Source: Escherichia coli (lineage in GTDB: Bacteria; Pseudomonadota; Gammaproteobacteria; Enterobacterales; Enterobacteriaceae). From it: a DNA stretch of 64,000 nucleotides. The notes below the pieces were generated by a model. The model saw only the letters and a program-made list of their open reading frames with translations, was not told where the DNA came from and made no database searches. The position numbers and the translations under genes are program-made. The stretch lies in NCBI RefSeq assembly GCF_041248615.1, contig NZ_CP158426.1; one strand, given 5' to 3'. The first letter of the stretch is position 1. Each line of letters begins with the position of its first letter. Of this stretch, positions 1 to 9,617 are shown piece after piece.

Positions 1-47
1 CAGGCCGGACTATGATGCCGGATGCCGACAATTAACGGCTCGCTCAT
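1..47 (-). CDS. yehM: 5' end of yehM-like gene (partial, runs off window)
   Basis: Reverse-complement of 1-47 reads ATG AGC GAG CCG TTA ATT GTC GGC ATC CGG CAT CAT AGT CCG GCC = MSEPLIVGIRHHSPA; lies immediately downstream of yehL on the same strand as in the K-12 yehLM arrangement. Identity by recollection. Confidence 0.5.
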   Translation of the reverse strand, partial: MSEPLIVGIRHHSPA

Positions 48-57
48 GCATCTTTCC

Positions 58-1146
58 TCACGGCAGGCGGTGGCGAGCTTGATAATAAGCCTGCCAGTGA
101 GCTTCTTTATGTGTGGCGACGCGCTGTTCGAAGTAACGGCGCAGACGCGCGCGATCTTCTTCGTTATCTTTAACGATGGTTCCGGCAATACAGTCCACCA
201 GGTCGGCAGGCTCCCCCGCGCGATTCGCTAAAAACCAGGCGCGGACGCCCACTGCGTGGGCCACGTTCACGGCTTCAGCGGTGGACATAATTGCCGTCAG
301 GGTATCCATTGACGTTTTCTTTTCGCCGTTGGCACGCAGATCGCGGAAGGTGCGGACCAGTAACTCCAGTACCGCGTCAGGCACTTTATGCGGAATACCG
401 CTATGGGCCAGCAAACGCGCCGAAGCACTGGCGACCAGTTCCAGCTCCTGGGCGAAATCCATAATCGGAAAGACGGTTTCAAAATCGAAGCGACGCTTTA
501 GCGCGGCACTCATCTCATTGACGCCGCGATCGCGGGTATTGGCAGTGGCAATAATATTAAAGCCTTCCCGCGCATAGAGCTGACTGGCTTCACCGGTGAG
601 TTCCGGCACCGTCATCACCCTGTCAGAAAGCATACCTAACAGACAGTCTTGTACTTCCAGCGGTGTACGTGTTATCTCTTCAAAACGGACGATTTTGCCG
701 TCGCGCATTCCCTGGTAAAGCGGGGCAGGGACCAGTGCTTCCGTTGACGGACCATGGTTGATAAGCAGGGCGTAGTTCCAGCCGTACTTGATTTGATCTT
801 CAGTAGTAGATGCGCCGCCCTGGATGGTTAACCCGGCATCGCCGCTAATAGCGGTTGCCAGTAATTCAGACAGGAGAGATTTTGCGGTGCCAGGTTCCCC
901 CACCAACATCAAACCGCGCCCGGTGGCAAGAGTGACTAACATACGTTCGACAGCGGAGGGACTAATCACCACTTTACGGCTAATATTTTGCGCTCTATCG
1001 CCAAGGATAAAAGCACGGGCCGCAGGCAAACTTAACTGCCAACCGGGCGGGCAAGGTGCGTTATCATTTTGTTTTAATTTTGCCAGTTCATCGGCGTATA
1101 ACACAGCAGCAGGCGGACGCTGCAGATGATTATTCTGCGGTGACAT
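58..1146 (-). CDS. yehL: AAA+ (MoxR-like) ATPase YehL; ORF track extends to 1212 but start at MSPQNNHL (1144-1146) fits the expected ~362 aa
   Basis: Walker A motif LVGEPGTAKS in translation; synteny with yehK/yehI. Start choice is inference. Confidence 0.8.
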   Translation of the reverse strand: MSPQNNHLQRPPAAVLYADELAKLKQNDNAPCPPGWQLSLPAARAFILGDRAQNISRKVVISPSAVERMLVTLATGRGLMLVGEPGTAKSLLSELLATAISGDAGLTIQGGASTTEDQIKYGWNYALLINHGPSTEALVPAPLYQGMRDGKIVRFEEITRTPLEVQDCLLGMLSDRVMTVPELTGEASQLYAREGFNIIATANTRDRGVNEMSAALKRRFDFETVFPIMDFAQELELVASASARLLAHSGIPHKVPDAVLELLVRTFRDLRANGEKKTSMDTLTAIMSTAEAVNVAHAVGVRAWFLANRAGEPADLVDCIAGTIVKDNEEDRARLRRYFEQRVATHKEAHWQAYYQARHRLP

Positions 1147-1254
1147 ATATTCATCCCTGAAATGTATTAATGAAATAAACGATATTTTACGCGCAATAAA
1201 TGTTTGGCGCATTAGTTGTTTGAGCGAAAAATATCTGGAAAGCAGATCACAGTA

Positions 1255-1292
1255 AATAAAAAAACCTGCTGGTGAGGCAGGTTCTTTTATTT
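1255..1292 (-). terminator. Hairpin (AACCTGC...GCAGGTT) flanked by A-run and T-run; candidate bidirectional rho-independent terminator between yehK and yehL
   Basis: Seen in sequence: aaaaaaacctgctggtgaggcaggttcttttattt. Confidence 0.5.
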
Positions 1293-1719
1293 ACTACAGT
1301 GACGCTAACTTGCTGATTGTGCAACATTTCGTACCAACGAATAAATTATAACCATATCCACACTCCATTGCAATTCAGTGAATGAGATTTATAATCCTGC
1401 CCGTTGGGAGGTTGTGCCGGATCGGACCAATTTTAAGTCCTGGCTGCTGGACGGGTGGTGCCGCAGGCGGTGCCCTGATCCGGAGAGCAACGTTTCGTAC
1501 CAACATACGTAAACCAGTATCGACAGGCAGTGTAAGGGTAAGGTGCTGGTGTTGCGCTCCTTAATAAGGAGAGCGGATGGACACGCTGACACAAAAGTTA
1601 ACCGTGCTCATTGCTGTACTGGAGCTATTAGTGGCTCTGTTACGGTTGATTGATTTGTTGAAGTAACGGGCAAATTGAAACGCATCTAAGGGGGAATACC
1701 GTTTCCCCCTTTAATAAAG

Positions 1720-2025
1720 CTATTTTTCTATTTGTTGGTTGAATATATTTTGTAGTTCGCGATTAAAAATTGCTATTACAGTTTCAGGTGATTCACCTCG
1801 TAATTTTCGCTCATCAATAAACTCATCTCTTATATAAATCAACGCATCATTTATTAGCGGGTCAGCATCATTAAATGTTGGACGTAGCCGGAATCGTTCC
1901 AGTCGATAGACGGAACCTGTAAATAATTCAGAGCGTTTATGGATCTCAAGCCTGAAGGAAAACGGCTCTTCAGGTACAGGGGCCTCATAATCGTAAATAG
2001 TGATCAGCTCTTTTTGCACGATCAT
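1720..2025 (-). CDS. yehK: Small conserved protein YehK
   Basis: 101-aa ORF in the expected position between yehI and yehL; identity by synteny and recollection. Confidence 0.7.
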   Translation of the reverse strand: MIVQKELITIYDYEAPVPEEPFSFRLEIHKRSELFTGSVYRLERFRLRPTFNDADPLINDALIYIRDEFIDERKLRGESPETVIAIFNRELQNIFNQQIEK

Positions 2026-2085
2026 CGCTTTTCCCGGTGGCAGGTCGTGTTAATAACGAGCAGTCGCATCACTGCCCGCTGTGTT

Positions 2086-5000
2086 TTAATGGAAAATGAC
2101 GTCGGGTGCGCTTAACGCCTCACTCAAATCAAACACATCAAGTTCGGCAAAAGTGACGGATTTATTCTCACGGTATACATGAAGAGAACGGAAGCTCATT
2201 AGCGCTTTGCTATCAACATTGTAGTGGTTAAAACCGGATGAAAACTTAAGGACCAGCCGGTACTCGCCCAAGTCATAGACAAATGCGTTCTCATAGCCTG
2301 ACTCCCAGCCTTTGTATCGCAATCCCATAAGTTGCCCAACGGTAGCAGATTTACCTTCCCAGCGATTCAAACTATTACTGGCTGACTCGTCAGGCGTGAG
2401 CAGCACCGTGCGGCGCGACAATTGGCGAAAAGGCGACATAATTTCGTAATCGGCAAAAAGCTGTGCAAATTCACTGCGCATTTCTGCTGTCATTTCTAAC
2501 GGGTGGGCAATGCCAATCAGAGCATCGGCAGGCAGGTCAATTGGCTCATCTTGCTCATTGCAGAACTCCCCCTCAGCGGCCACACGAAAGGCGTTGAGTA
2601 AACAACGCGGTTCATTTGCCGGATAAACACCCCATATCAATCGCTGAGTAACCAGGCGGGTAAAGGGATGATTAATAAACAGAGAATGAAAATCTGCCAG
2701 CGACCAGCGTCGGGTGGTGCGCAGGGCAGTTTCAAGACGCGGGAGCAGGTTTTTGCTCACCTGAGTAGCATCTTTTTTTAGCCCTTTTAGTCGGGCCAGT
2801 GCCTCGGGTGCTTTCAGTTGATCGTCATCGGCGCGCAACCGGGGAACGCTTTTCTGGCGAACGTTTTGCTGATCAAAGATAACCGGGTTGAGGTTTTCAT
2901 CGAAGCGAACGGTAAATTGCCGTGGACCAAAATCAAAAATCAACGCCTGCGGATCATCAAGACCCAGTGTTGGGACTAATCTGTCCGCTAACTGTTCCTG
3001 GCTTAGCCCGCGATTTTCTGCGACCACCTGAAGAAATTCCGCCGCGTTATCACGTAAGGGGCGGGATTTCGCCCGTTGCGATATATGATGCAGCTGCATC
3101 AGCGCCATATCATTATTCATCAGGGTAAGGATGTTCAGGCCACTGACAGCACGGGCAGATTTGCCTTCTTGTGGCCAGGCGAGGATCTGTGTCGTTAGAT
3201 CCCGTGTCGTGCTTTCGTCACCAAAGAGACTTAACGCCAGAAATGCCCAGTTGTCTTTTGCGGGGGCACCAGCTTGTTGCCACGCAGTGAAGAGATCCCA
3301 GGCAAAAGCTGCCAGCGTTTGTGGCTGGCAGAACGTTTTCAGTTGTTCCAGCCCGCTATAAAAACGTCCGCCTTGGGTAAAGCGCAGCATTTCGCCGATA
3401 ATTTCCAGAGCGTCATCGGTAACAGGCTGATTATTTGTGATAAGGCGCGGCCTGGACCGCATTTGCGGCTGCCAGAAATCAGGGGCTTTTGGAATGCGTG
3501 TCGGGTAAATCTCTATTGGACTCTGTTTAAGTAATTGCTCCAGGGCAGGCCATACATCTGTACGCTGCCAGCGGTTTGCCACGGTTTGCAGTAACTCGCC
3601 ATGTCCCTGTTCGTAAAGTAAACGCAGGGCAAGTAATGCAGCTTCGCTATTATCGCTGGATTTGGTGAAGACAAGAGGGATAAGTGCAGTAGCTGTATGT
3701 TCCGGCCAATGTAAAATCCACTGGCGAGCCAGATCACGCTGCGCCGCGAAACGTCGCCAGACGCGGGCAACGGGCAGGGCCAGTTCTGTTGCGCCAAAAT
3801 TTAAAATTAACGGAAATGTTTCTTTTGGACGATGTGAAAAAGCCAACAGCAGACCTGGTAGAGCATCCAATCCGAAGATACTGAGAAAATAGTCCTCACC
3901 CGCAGACAGATGCTTTTTCTCATTGATACGTAGCCAGAAAGTCAAAGCCATCTCACGCGGCAACTGCGCCAATAAATACAGGTTCCAGATACTCTTTTCC
4001 CGACGATAGCGTGAGTAGCTGTCATTTTCCCATATGTTAATGAACACTTCTACGTGACCGTTGCGAAGCGCCTGTTCTGCTAATTGAGCTTCCGGGGAGC
4101 TCCAGCCATTCATGATCTCTTCAACCCGCCCTGGGTAGTAATGCCACTGAACAATGAGTGAATTGCGTGCAGCATCCAGTTTTCCGGGGAGTATATAATT
4201 CAAAAACAGCCATACATCATCTCCAAAACCCAGCTCCTGTAATACAACTCGTCCACTTTTTTGTTCCATGCGTTCCGCAAGAGATTCCGTGCTGAAATAA
4301 CGGGCAGACTCAGTGGCGGCAAGCCTCTCTTGTTCGCCTGGTTGCCAGTAAACTTGCGGGGTTAATTCGAGCGGTGCCAAATCAAGACGTGGAGCTGTCA
4401 TTTTTTTCTTACTACGCCACGGTGGTGAAACGAGGATTTCAGGCAGATTGCTGTTATCGGTGCCATCAATAACCGGTTTGGGCGGTGCCGATAAATAACT
4501 ATTCAGCACTGCCCGGGCTTGAGTACTTAACCACGGCATCACTTCTGCTGCCAGTTGTGGCTGCGATGCCATCAGCGTTTGTAACAGCGTACGCCAGTAT
4601 TCATCACGTGCTTTTTGCTGTGCAGGCAGCTTTTTGTCTTCGATGATTGGATAACCAGGGCGCGTAGGTGGTTCTTTTAGCGCCAGCAGTTCTGCCAGTG
4701 CGGCAAGCGTCGCATGGGGGAAATTTTTACTGTATTTAGCTACACGTTGCAGGCTGGGTTTGTTTTTATCAGCAACTAACAGCAGGGTGCGGATGACCTG
4801 CGGATGGTTAATTTGTACCAGCAGACTGCCGCAATCTTCTTTATGGGCATACATTGCCAGGCGTGGAACGGCTGCCAGTCCTTGTTCGCGCAAAAGGGCA
4901 GCGCAGGCCGCGTAGCCGAAGTGGTTTTCATGCGACATGTAGCTGGCTTCCCGATCGCTAAATATATCCTGGCTCCAGTAGCGTTCGAGTTTTCTCACCG

Positions 5001-5718
5001 CTCTGGGGTCAATAGCAACAACTTTTAACCACTCCTTAGAATGAAAATGAGTCCACGGGCATTCAAGGCTTACCAACTCATTGGCGATTTCTGGTTTTTC
5101 CGGGAGGATCAGAGCAATAAAAGGGCGGCGAACTTTGGTTATTCCTGGCAGTGCGGCAATGAGTTTGTCGGCGCAACGCTGCCAGCTGCTTTCCTCTGCC
5201 AGAGAGAGATGCTTACGCAGTCGGAGATCGAATTCGTTATAGGTTTCTGATCGATAACCATAGCCATAATCCTCGTTCTGATACTGCAATGTCACTAGCA
5301 GAGGATCACTTTCATAACATCGTGTAATAAACTGGCGTGCAATCACCACCTCAGTCGCATATTCCAGTCCCTCTTGTTGGACGATTTCGTCGAGCAACTG
5401 TTGGCTATCATTTTGCGCGATACAGGCTAGCGCCGCCATTGTCCGGGCCGGAACTGAGGGTTTGTGTTCGCCAATCAAGTTGATGGCCTGCGTAATGGCC
5501 GACTGCCACTCCAGTGAAAAATTATCATAACGCCAGACAATGTTTTTTTTCTTCTCAGCTTTTTGTAGCAATTCATCACCCAGTGTCTGGATGAGGCTTT
5601 CAGTGATAACAGGCACCGGTTCGCCCGGCCAACTGCGATGGCTGAGCGGCGTTTTGCCTTTTTTATATTTCAGTTCCACTTGGGCGTTATCCGCCAGCCA
5701 CGGTAATTCCTTGTCCAT
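2086..5718 (-). CDS. yehI: Large DUF4132-type protein YehI (1210 aa), paralog of MolR
   Basis: 1210-aa ORF; shares motifs with the neighbouring 1249-aa ORF (e.g. FDLRLRKHLSLAEE vs FDVRLRKHLALAEE; DFGPRQFTV in both). Confidence 0.85.
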   Translation of the reverse strand: MDKELPWLADNAQVELKYKKGKTPLSHRSWPGEPVPVITESLIQTLGDELLQKAEKKKNIVWRYDNFSLEWQSAITQAINLIGEHKPSVPARTMAALACIAQNDSQQLLDEIVQQEGLEYATEVVIARQFITRCYESDPLLVTLQYQNEDYGYGYRSETYNEFDLRLRKHLSLAEESSWQRCADKLIAALPGITKVRRPFIALILPEKPEIANELVSLECPWTHFHSKEWLKVVAIDPRAVRKLERYWSQDIFSDREASYMSHENHFGYAACAALLREQGLAAVPRLAMYAHKEDCGSLLVQINHPQVIRTLLLVADKNKPSLQRVAKYSKNFPHATLAALAELLALKEPPTRPGYPIIEDKKLPAQQKARDEYWRTLLQTLMASQPQLAAEVMPWLSTQARAVLNSYLSAPPKPVIDGTDNSNLPEILVSPPWRSKKKMTAPRLDLAPLELTPQVYWQPGEQERLAATESARYFSTESLAERMEQKSGRVVLQELGFGDDVWLFLNYILPGKLDAARNSLIVQWHYYPGRVEEIMNGWSSPEAQLAEQALRNGHVEVFINIWENDSYSRYRREKSIWNLYLLAQLPREMALTFWLRINEKKHLSAGEDYFLSIFGLDALPGLLLAFSHRPKETFPLILNFGATELALPVARVWRRFAAQRDLARQWILHWPEHTATALIPLVFTKSSDNSEAALLALRLLYEQGHGELLQTVANRWQRTDVWPALEQLLKQSPIEIYPTRIPKAPDFWQPQMRSRPRLITNNQPVTDDALEIIGEMLRFTQGGRFYSGLEQLKTFCQPQTLAAFAWDLFTAWQQAGAPAKDNWAFLALSLFGDESTTRDLTTQILAWPQEGKSARAVSGLNILTLMNNDMALMQLHHISQRAKSRPLRDNAAEFLQVVAENRGLSQEQLADRLVPTLGLDDPQALIFDFGPRQFTVRFDENLNPVIFDQQNVRQKSVPRLRADDDQLKAPEALARLKGLKKDATQVSKNLLPRLETALRTTRRWSLADFHSLFINHPFTRLVTQRLIWGVYPANEPRCLLNAFRVAAEGEFCNEQDEPIDLPADALIGIAHPLEMTAEMRSEFAQLFADYEIMSPFRQLSRRTVLLTPDESASNSLNRWEGKSATVGQLMGLRYKGWESGYENAFVYDLGEYRLVLKFSSGFNHYNVDSKALMSFRSLHVYRENKSVTFAELDVFDLSEALSAPDVIFH

Positions 5719-5727
5719 GCTCTTTCC

Positions 5728-8700
5728 TTATTCAAACAGGGCTTCAATATCGTTAATGAGTTCGCTGGCGGTGATGTCGTCGAGCACGGAGAACTGCGCT
5801 TCCTGAGTTGAATTACTCCCCCAGCCATAGCTTTCCGCTTTGCCTTCCCATAGCCACAGCTTGCTTAAGACCTGCTCAGCGCTAAGATCGGCTGGTGACA
5901 TACCCACCGCAAAACCTTCGTCGATTTCCATGATTAACGACCAGCGACCGAGAGGTTTGATCATCCATCCGATCCAGCCTCCATCCTGTGGTTCGCCCTT
6001 TATCCAGCCTTTATTTGCCAGCCCCATGACCCGGCCGCTCGGGCATTTTCTGCCTGCCCAGCGGGTCAGTTCGCTGGCGTTGCGCTCGGCTTCTGTCAGG
6101 GCGTAACTGTTACGTTCAAGCTGACGGAACGGTGGTAGCAGTTCGTAGTCGGCAAAAAGCTGACCAAAGGCGACAGCATCCGTCGGTGATATTTCCAGAA
6201 CGTGAGGAATGCCGATAGAGATATCGCCTTCCTGCAAGGTGAAAAGATCATCGTCAGCGGTGCTGTAGCTGTTATCTTCCGCCACCCTAAAGCACGCCTG
6301 TAGCTGGTTTTCGGCGCTATAAACGCCCCAAATCAGACGGCGGGTTAAGTGACGAACCAGCGGATGCTCAACCAGGAAGAGCTGAAAGTTTTCCGGCGAC
6401 CAGCGGCGGCGCAGGCACATGGCGGATTCCAGCCTTGCTACCTGCTGGGCGGCGACGGTACGCGCATCTTTTTTCAGCAATTTGTAGCGGTTAACAGCAT
6501 CGTTTGCCTGTGATTCATCATCGCTTTTATTGGGTTTAGGTAAGTCTTTCAGGCGGCTGCCGGAAACATCGCGCACAAACGGTTTTAAGGTTTCATCAAA
6601 GCTGACGGTGAACTGCCGTGGGCCAAAATCCAGCAGCAGCGAACCGTTATCATCCAGACCGAGATCCGGTGCTAACCGGTCTTCAAGCTCCGGCACCGTG
6701 AGTTCGCGGCTCTCGGCAATGTCGGCAATTTTCTCTTTCGCCCGCTCCTGTAAGGCTTTGAATTTCAGTTTCTGGGCGATGCCGTTAAGCTGCATCAGGG
6801 CGATATCGCTGCCGATAGCGGCGAGAATATCCAACCCAACGGTGGCACGTTTATGCTGAGATTCGCCAGGCCAGGCGCGGATTAATGGCGTCAGTTTGCG
6901 GGCGGTGTCATCGTTACCGAGAACGCCTAACGCAGTGAACGCCCAACTTTCTTTCGACGGCGCGCCAGCGGTCTGCCAGGCGGTAAACAGATCCCAGGCA
7001 AATTCAGCCAGTGAGTCGGCGGTACAGGCATCTTTCACCTGCAATAATCCCGGATACAGCGCCTCCTCCTGATGGAAGCGGAGCATTTCACCGAGGTGGA
7101 GGAGGGCGCTATCTGGCAGTGATTGGGCATTTGCTTTTAATACCGGGCGGGTCCAGATCGATGGCTGATAAAAGGCCGGAAGAGTGGGGATTTTTGTCGG
7201 GTGATTATCTAAGGGATCGAGCGCAAGCATAGCGTTCACCGCATCTGTTACTTCCGGCTGGTTATAACGCCGGGCGATTTCTTGCAGTAATGGCTGATGA
7301 TCGTTTTCGATAAGCATACGCAAGGCAGCGCGGGCGTTATCCTGGGCTTCACCGGCTTTGCCGAGCGCCGCAGGCAGTAGGCCGGTAATGGCGTGTTCCG
7401 GGTATTTCAGCAGCCAGGTGCGGGCGTCTTGTCGTAGGGTTTTGAGTTTGTTGAAGGCGCGGGCGATCAGTGGCGCTAATTCGATAGCCGCAAAATATTG
7501 TGCTACAGGCAGAGCTTCTTGTGGATAGCGTGAAAAGGAGTGAATAAAACCCTGTAACCCAGCGAGTTGCAGGTGCGTCATGACAAACTCGACACCGACG
7601 TGTGGCTCTTTACTGAGGACATTCCACGCCTGCGCTGTTTTTTCGATAGGCAGGGCGGCTAACATGTAAAGCTGCCATTCCCGTTGATAGGAGTGCCAGA
7701 AGGTTTTAAATTCGCTGATTAGCGCAGAATAATCTCCCCTCTGCCAGAGTTCTACAACAGCATCAGACGCTTTCATATACTGGCCATTATTCCAGCGATT
7801 GAAACCCAGACGTGTCAGGTAGTTCTGAATATCCTCTTTTTGGCCGATGTCTATTTGATGTGCGTGCCAGCGATGCCTTGCATGAATCTCTTTTTCTGCC
7901 GTCTCGGTCAATGTGCAGCATGACTCCAGCGGTAATGGCGTTAAATCCAATACCGGCATTACAGATTTTTTCTTTTTCGAAAGCCAGGGCGGTGAGACTA
8001 ATACGGCAGGCAGCATATCGGCGCTGGCATGGTTTGAGGGCTGTGTCAGTTGTTGCTGGCATGATTTCAGCACTGCAACTGCGGGTGTTGAGAGCCAGGG
8101 AGTGACCTGTTCTGCTAGTGCCGGTTGCGAGATAAGCATCGTCATCAGCATAATGCGCCAACTATTCTCTTCTTTTTGCGCAAGAAGTTCCGCCAGTGCA
8201 GCCAGTGCTGCGTGTGGGAACGCAGCGCAAGCCTTAGTCATTCGTTCATGGCAGCGTTTAGTTTTGCCAGACACACGTATAAGTAGCATTAATGCTTGTG
8301 GGTGATTGATCTCTTCGAGAATACTTCCACAAAGATCAGCATAAGCATAGGGGGCGAAGCGAGCGATTCCGGCAATCCCTTGCTCCTGCAAAACGGTGAC
8401 ATTCCAGATGCAACCATGGTAATAGTCATTAAAAAGGTCGTACGCGCAATAAGATTCCAGCGCTTTGAGTAAGAAAGATTCTTGAACAACAAGTTTCAGC
8501 CATTCAACAGTTTGGACATTTTTCTGCTTCAGTAACCGTCGTGCGACTTCTTCTGCAATCTCCGGGCGTTCCGGTAGCATTAGCGCTACCATCGGTTGTT
8601 GAACGGGAGGAATATCAGGTAAAGCTGTAATGAATTTATCTACACAGCGTTGCCACAAAGTTTCTTCTGCAAGAGCCAAATGCTTACGCAGTCGAACGTC

Positions 8701-9477
8701 AAAGGGGGTAACACAATGTGCATGGTTTAATAATGGCTGAAAAGTAATGTGTATGCTTGTTCTGTGATAAGTGCAATCGAACGAGATATATTGCATGGCA
8801 ATAAACATATCCACGGCAAATTCTAGTCCGTAGACATAGACAATTTCATCCATGAGTTCAGGGCATTCGCCCCAGAATTTACGTGAAACCAGAACAACCT
8901 GTACAGCCAACGCAGCAGGAGAAAGTGGACCATTAGCGAGAGCTTCATTGATATTCTGCTGCCAGTTAGCAGAACATGCACTGAAATCGTATGTTGTTAT
9001 TTTTCCTGATAGATTATGAATATCCTGACCTAAATTCATAAGGAGGCTGTCTTGTGGTTCGCTTACAGCATCCCCAGGAAAACGTCGGGAAGGTAAGGCC
9101 TCCTGAGACTTTTTCTCCGATAGATGGATAGGGGAATCATCTGTCAGCCACGGGCATGGTGTCTCAGCAGGTTCAACAACCATACTTTGGTCAAATACGA
9201 CTGTGGTTTCTGCCACGCCAGTTGTATCTACTTCGATCGTTTCTATTTTGATTGCGGGTTGGGATGGCGAAGATAATTCTTCCACATACCCCTTCTTCAC
9301 CTTCTCCGCAATCAGCTTCAGTTCCGCTTTTTCCGCCGCCGCAGCATCTGCAAAGCTTTTTACCTGACTTTGCCCGTTAGTGCCGACTTTACCCCAGTTA
9401 ATATGCAGCTCGTTTCCCTGCTGCTCCACCGCCCAGAATTTATGTGATTTTTCGTCCTGATAGATAAAGTGTTTCAT
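5728..9477 (-). CDS. molR: MolR/YehH, intact 1249-aa ORF with N-terminal WGR-like segment
   Basis: Uninterrupted ORF beginning MKHFIYQDEKSHKFWAVEQQGNELHINWGKVG; paralogous to yehI. In K-12 this locus is recalled as a fragmented pseudogene. Confidence 0.8.
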   Translation of the reverse strand: MKHFIYQDEKSHKFWAVEQQGNELHINWGKVGTNGQSQVKSFADAAAAEKAELKLIAEKVKKGYVEELSSPSQPAIKIETIEVDTTGVAETTVVFDQSMVVEPAETPCPWLTDDSPIHLSEKKSQEALPSRRFPGDAVSEPQDSLLMNLGQDIHNLSGKITTYDFSACSANWQQNINEALANGPLSPAALAVQVVLVSRKFWGECPELMDEIVYVYGLEFAVDMFIAMQYISFDCTYHRTSIHITFQPLLNHAHCVTPFDVRLRKHLALAEETLWQRCVDKFITALPDIPPVQQPMVALMLPERPEIAEEVARRLLKQKNVQTVEWLKLVVQESFLLKALESYCAYDLFNDYYHGCIWNVTVLQEQGIAGIARFAPYAYADLCGSILEEINHPQALMLLIRVSGKTKRCHERMTKACAAFPHAALAALAELLAQKEENSWRIMLMTMLISQPALAEQVTPWLSTPAVAVLKSCQQQLTQPSNHASADMLPAVLVSPPWLSKKKKSVMPVLDLTPLPLESCCTLTETAEKEIHARHRWHAHQIDIGQKEDIQNYLTRLGFNRWNNGQYMKASDAVVELWQRGDYSALISEFKTFWHSYQREWQLYMLAALPIEKTAQAWNVLSKEPHVGVEFVMTHLQLAGLQGFIHSFSRYPQEALPVAQYFAAIELAPLIARAFNKLKTLRQDARTWLLKYPEHAITGLLPAALGKAGEAQDNARAALRMLIENDHQPLLQEIARRYNQPEVTDAVNAMLALDPLDNHPTKIPTLPAFYQPSIWTRPVLKANAQSLPDSALLHLGEMLRFHQEEALYPGLLQVKDACTADSLAEFAWDLFTAWQTAGAPSKESWAFTALGVLGNDDTARKLTPLIRAWPGESQHKRATVGLDILAAIGSDIALMQLNGIAQKLKFKALQERAKEKIADIAESRELTVPELEDRLAPDLGLDDNGSLLLDFGPRQFTVSFDETLKPFVRDVSGSRLKDLPKPNKSDDESQANDAVNRYKLLKKDARTVAAQQVARLESAMCLRRRWSPENFQLFLVEHPLVRHLTRRLIWGVYSAENQLQACFRVAEDNSYSTADDDLFTLQEGDISIGIPHVLEISPTDAVAFGQLFADYELLPPFRQLERNSYALTEAERNASELTRWAGRKCPSGRVMGLANKGWIKGEPQDGGWIGWMIKPLGRWSLIMEIDEGFAVGMSPADLSAEQVLSKLWLWEGKAESYGWGSNSTQEAQFSVLDDITASELINDIEALFE

Positions 9478-9569
9478 TCTGCATCCCTGTAATTTTATCC
9501 AGTTGAATGCTGATGCTACCAGTATTTATGCGGGTTAGAGAGAGACAAAATCGCAAGAAAACAAATTTA

Positions 9570-9608
9570 GGAATTTATAAAGAAAAGGCGCTGTCGATGC
9601 AGCGCCTT
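9570..9608 (-). terminator. Rho-independent terminator downstream of metG
   Basis: On the minus strand: AAGGCGCTG-CATCGA-CAGCGCCTT hairpin followed by TTCTTTATAAA. Confidence 0.6.
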
Positions 9609-9617
9609 GAAGGGGGA

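Noticed and set aside
58-1212. Longer N-terminal extensions of several ORFs in the six-frame track (yehL, metG, apbC, rcnB, fbaB, yegR, yegP, mdtA, insC)
   Set aside because: In each case an internal ATG with a better Shine-Dalgarno sequence and the expected protein N-terminus was preferred; the upstream in-frame ATG or GTG was treated as incidental.
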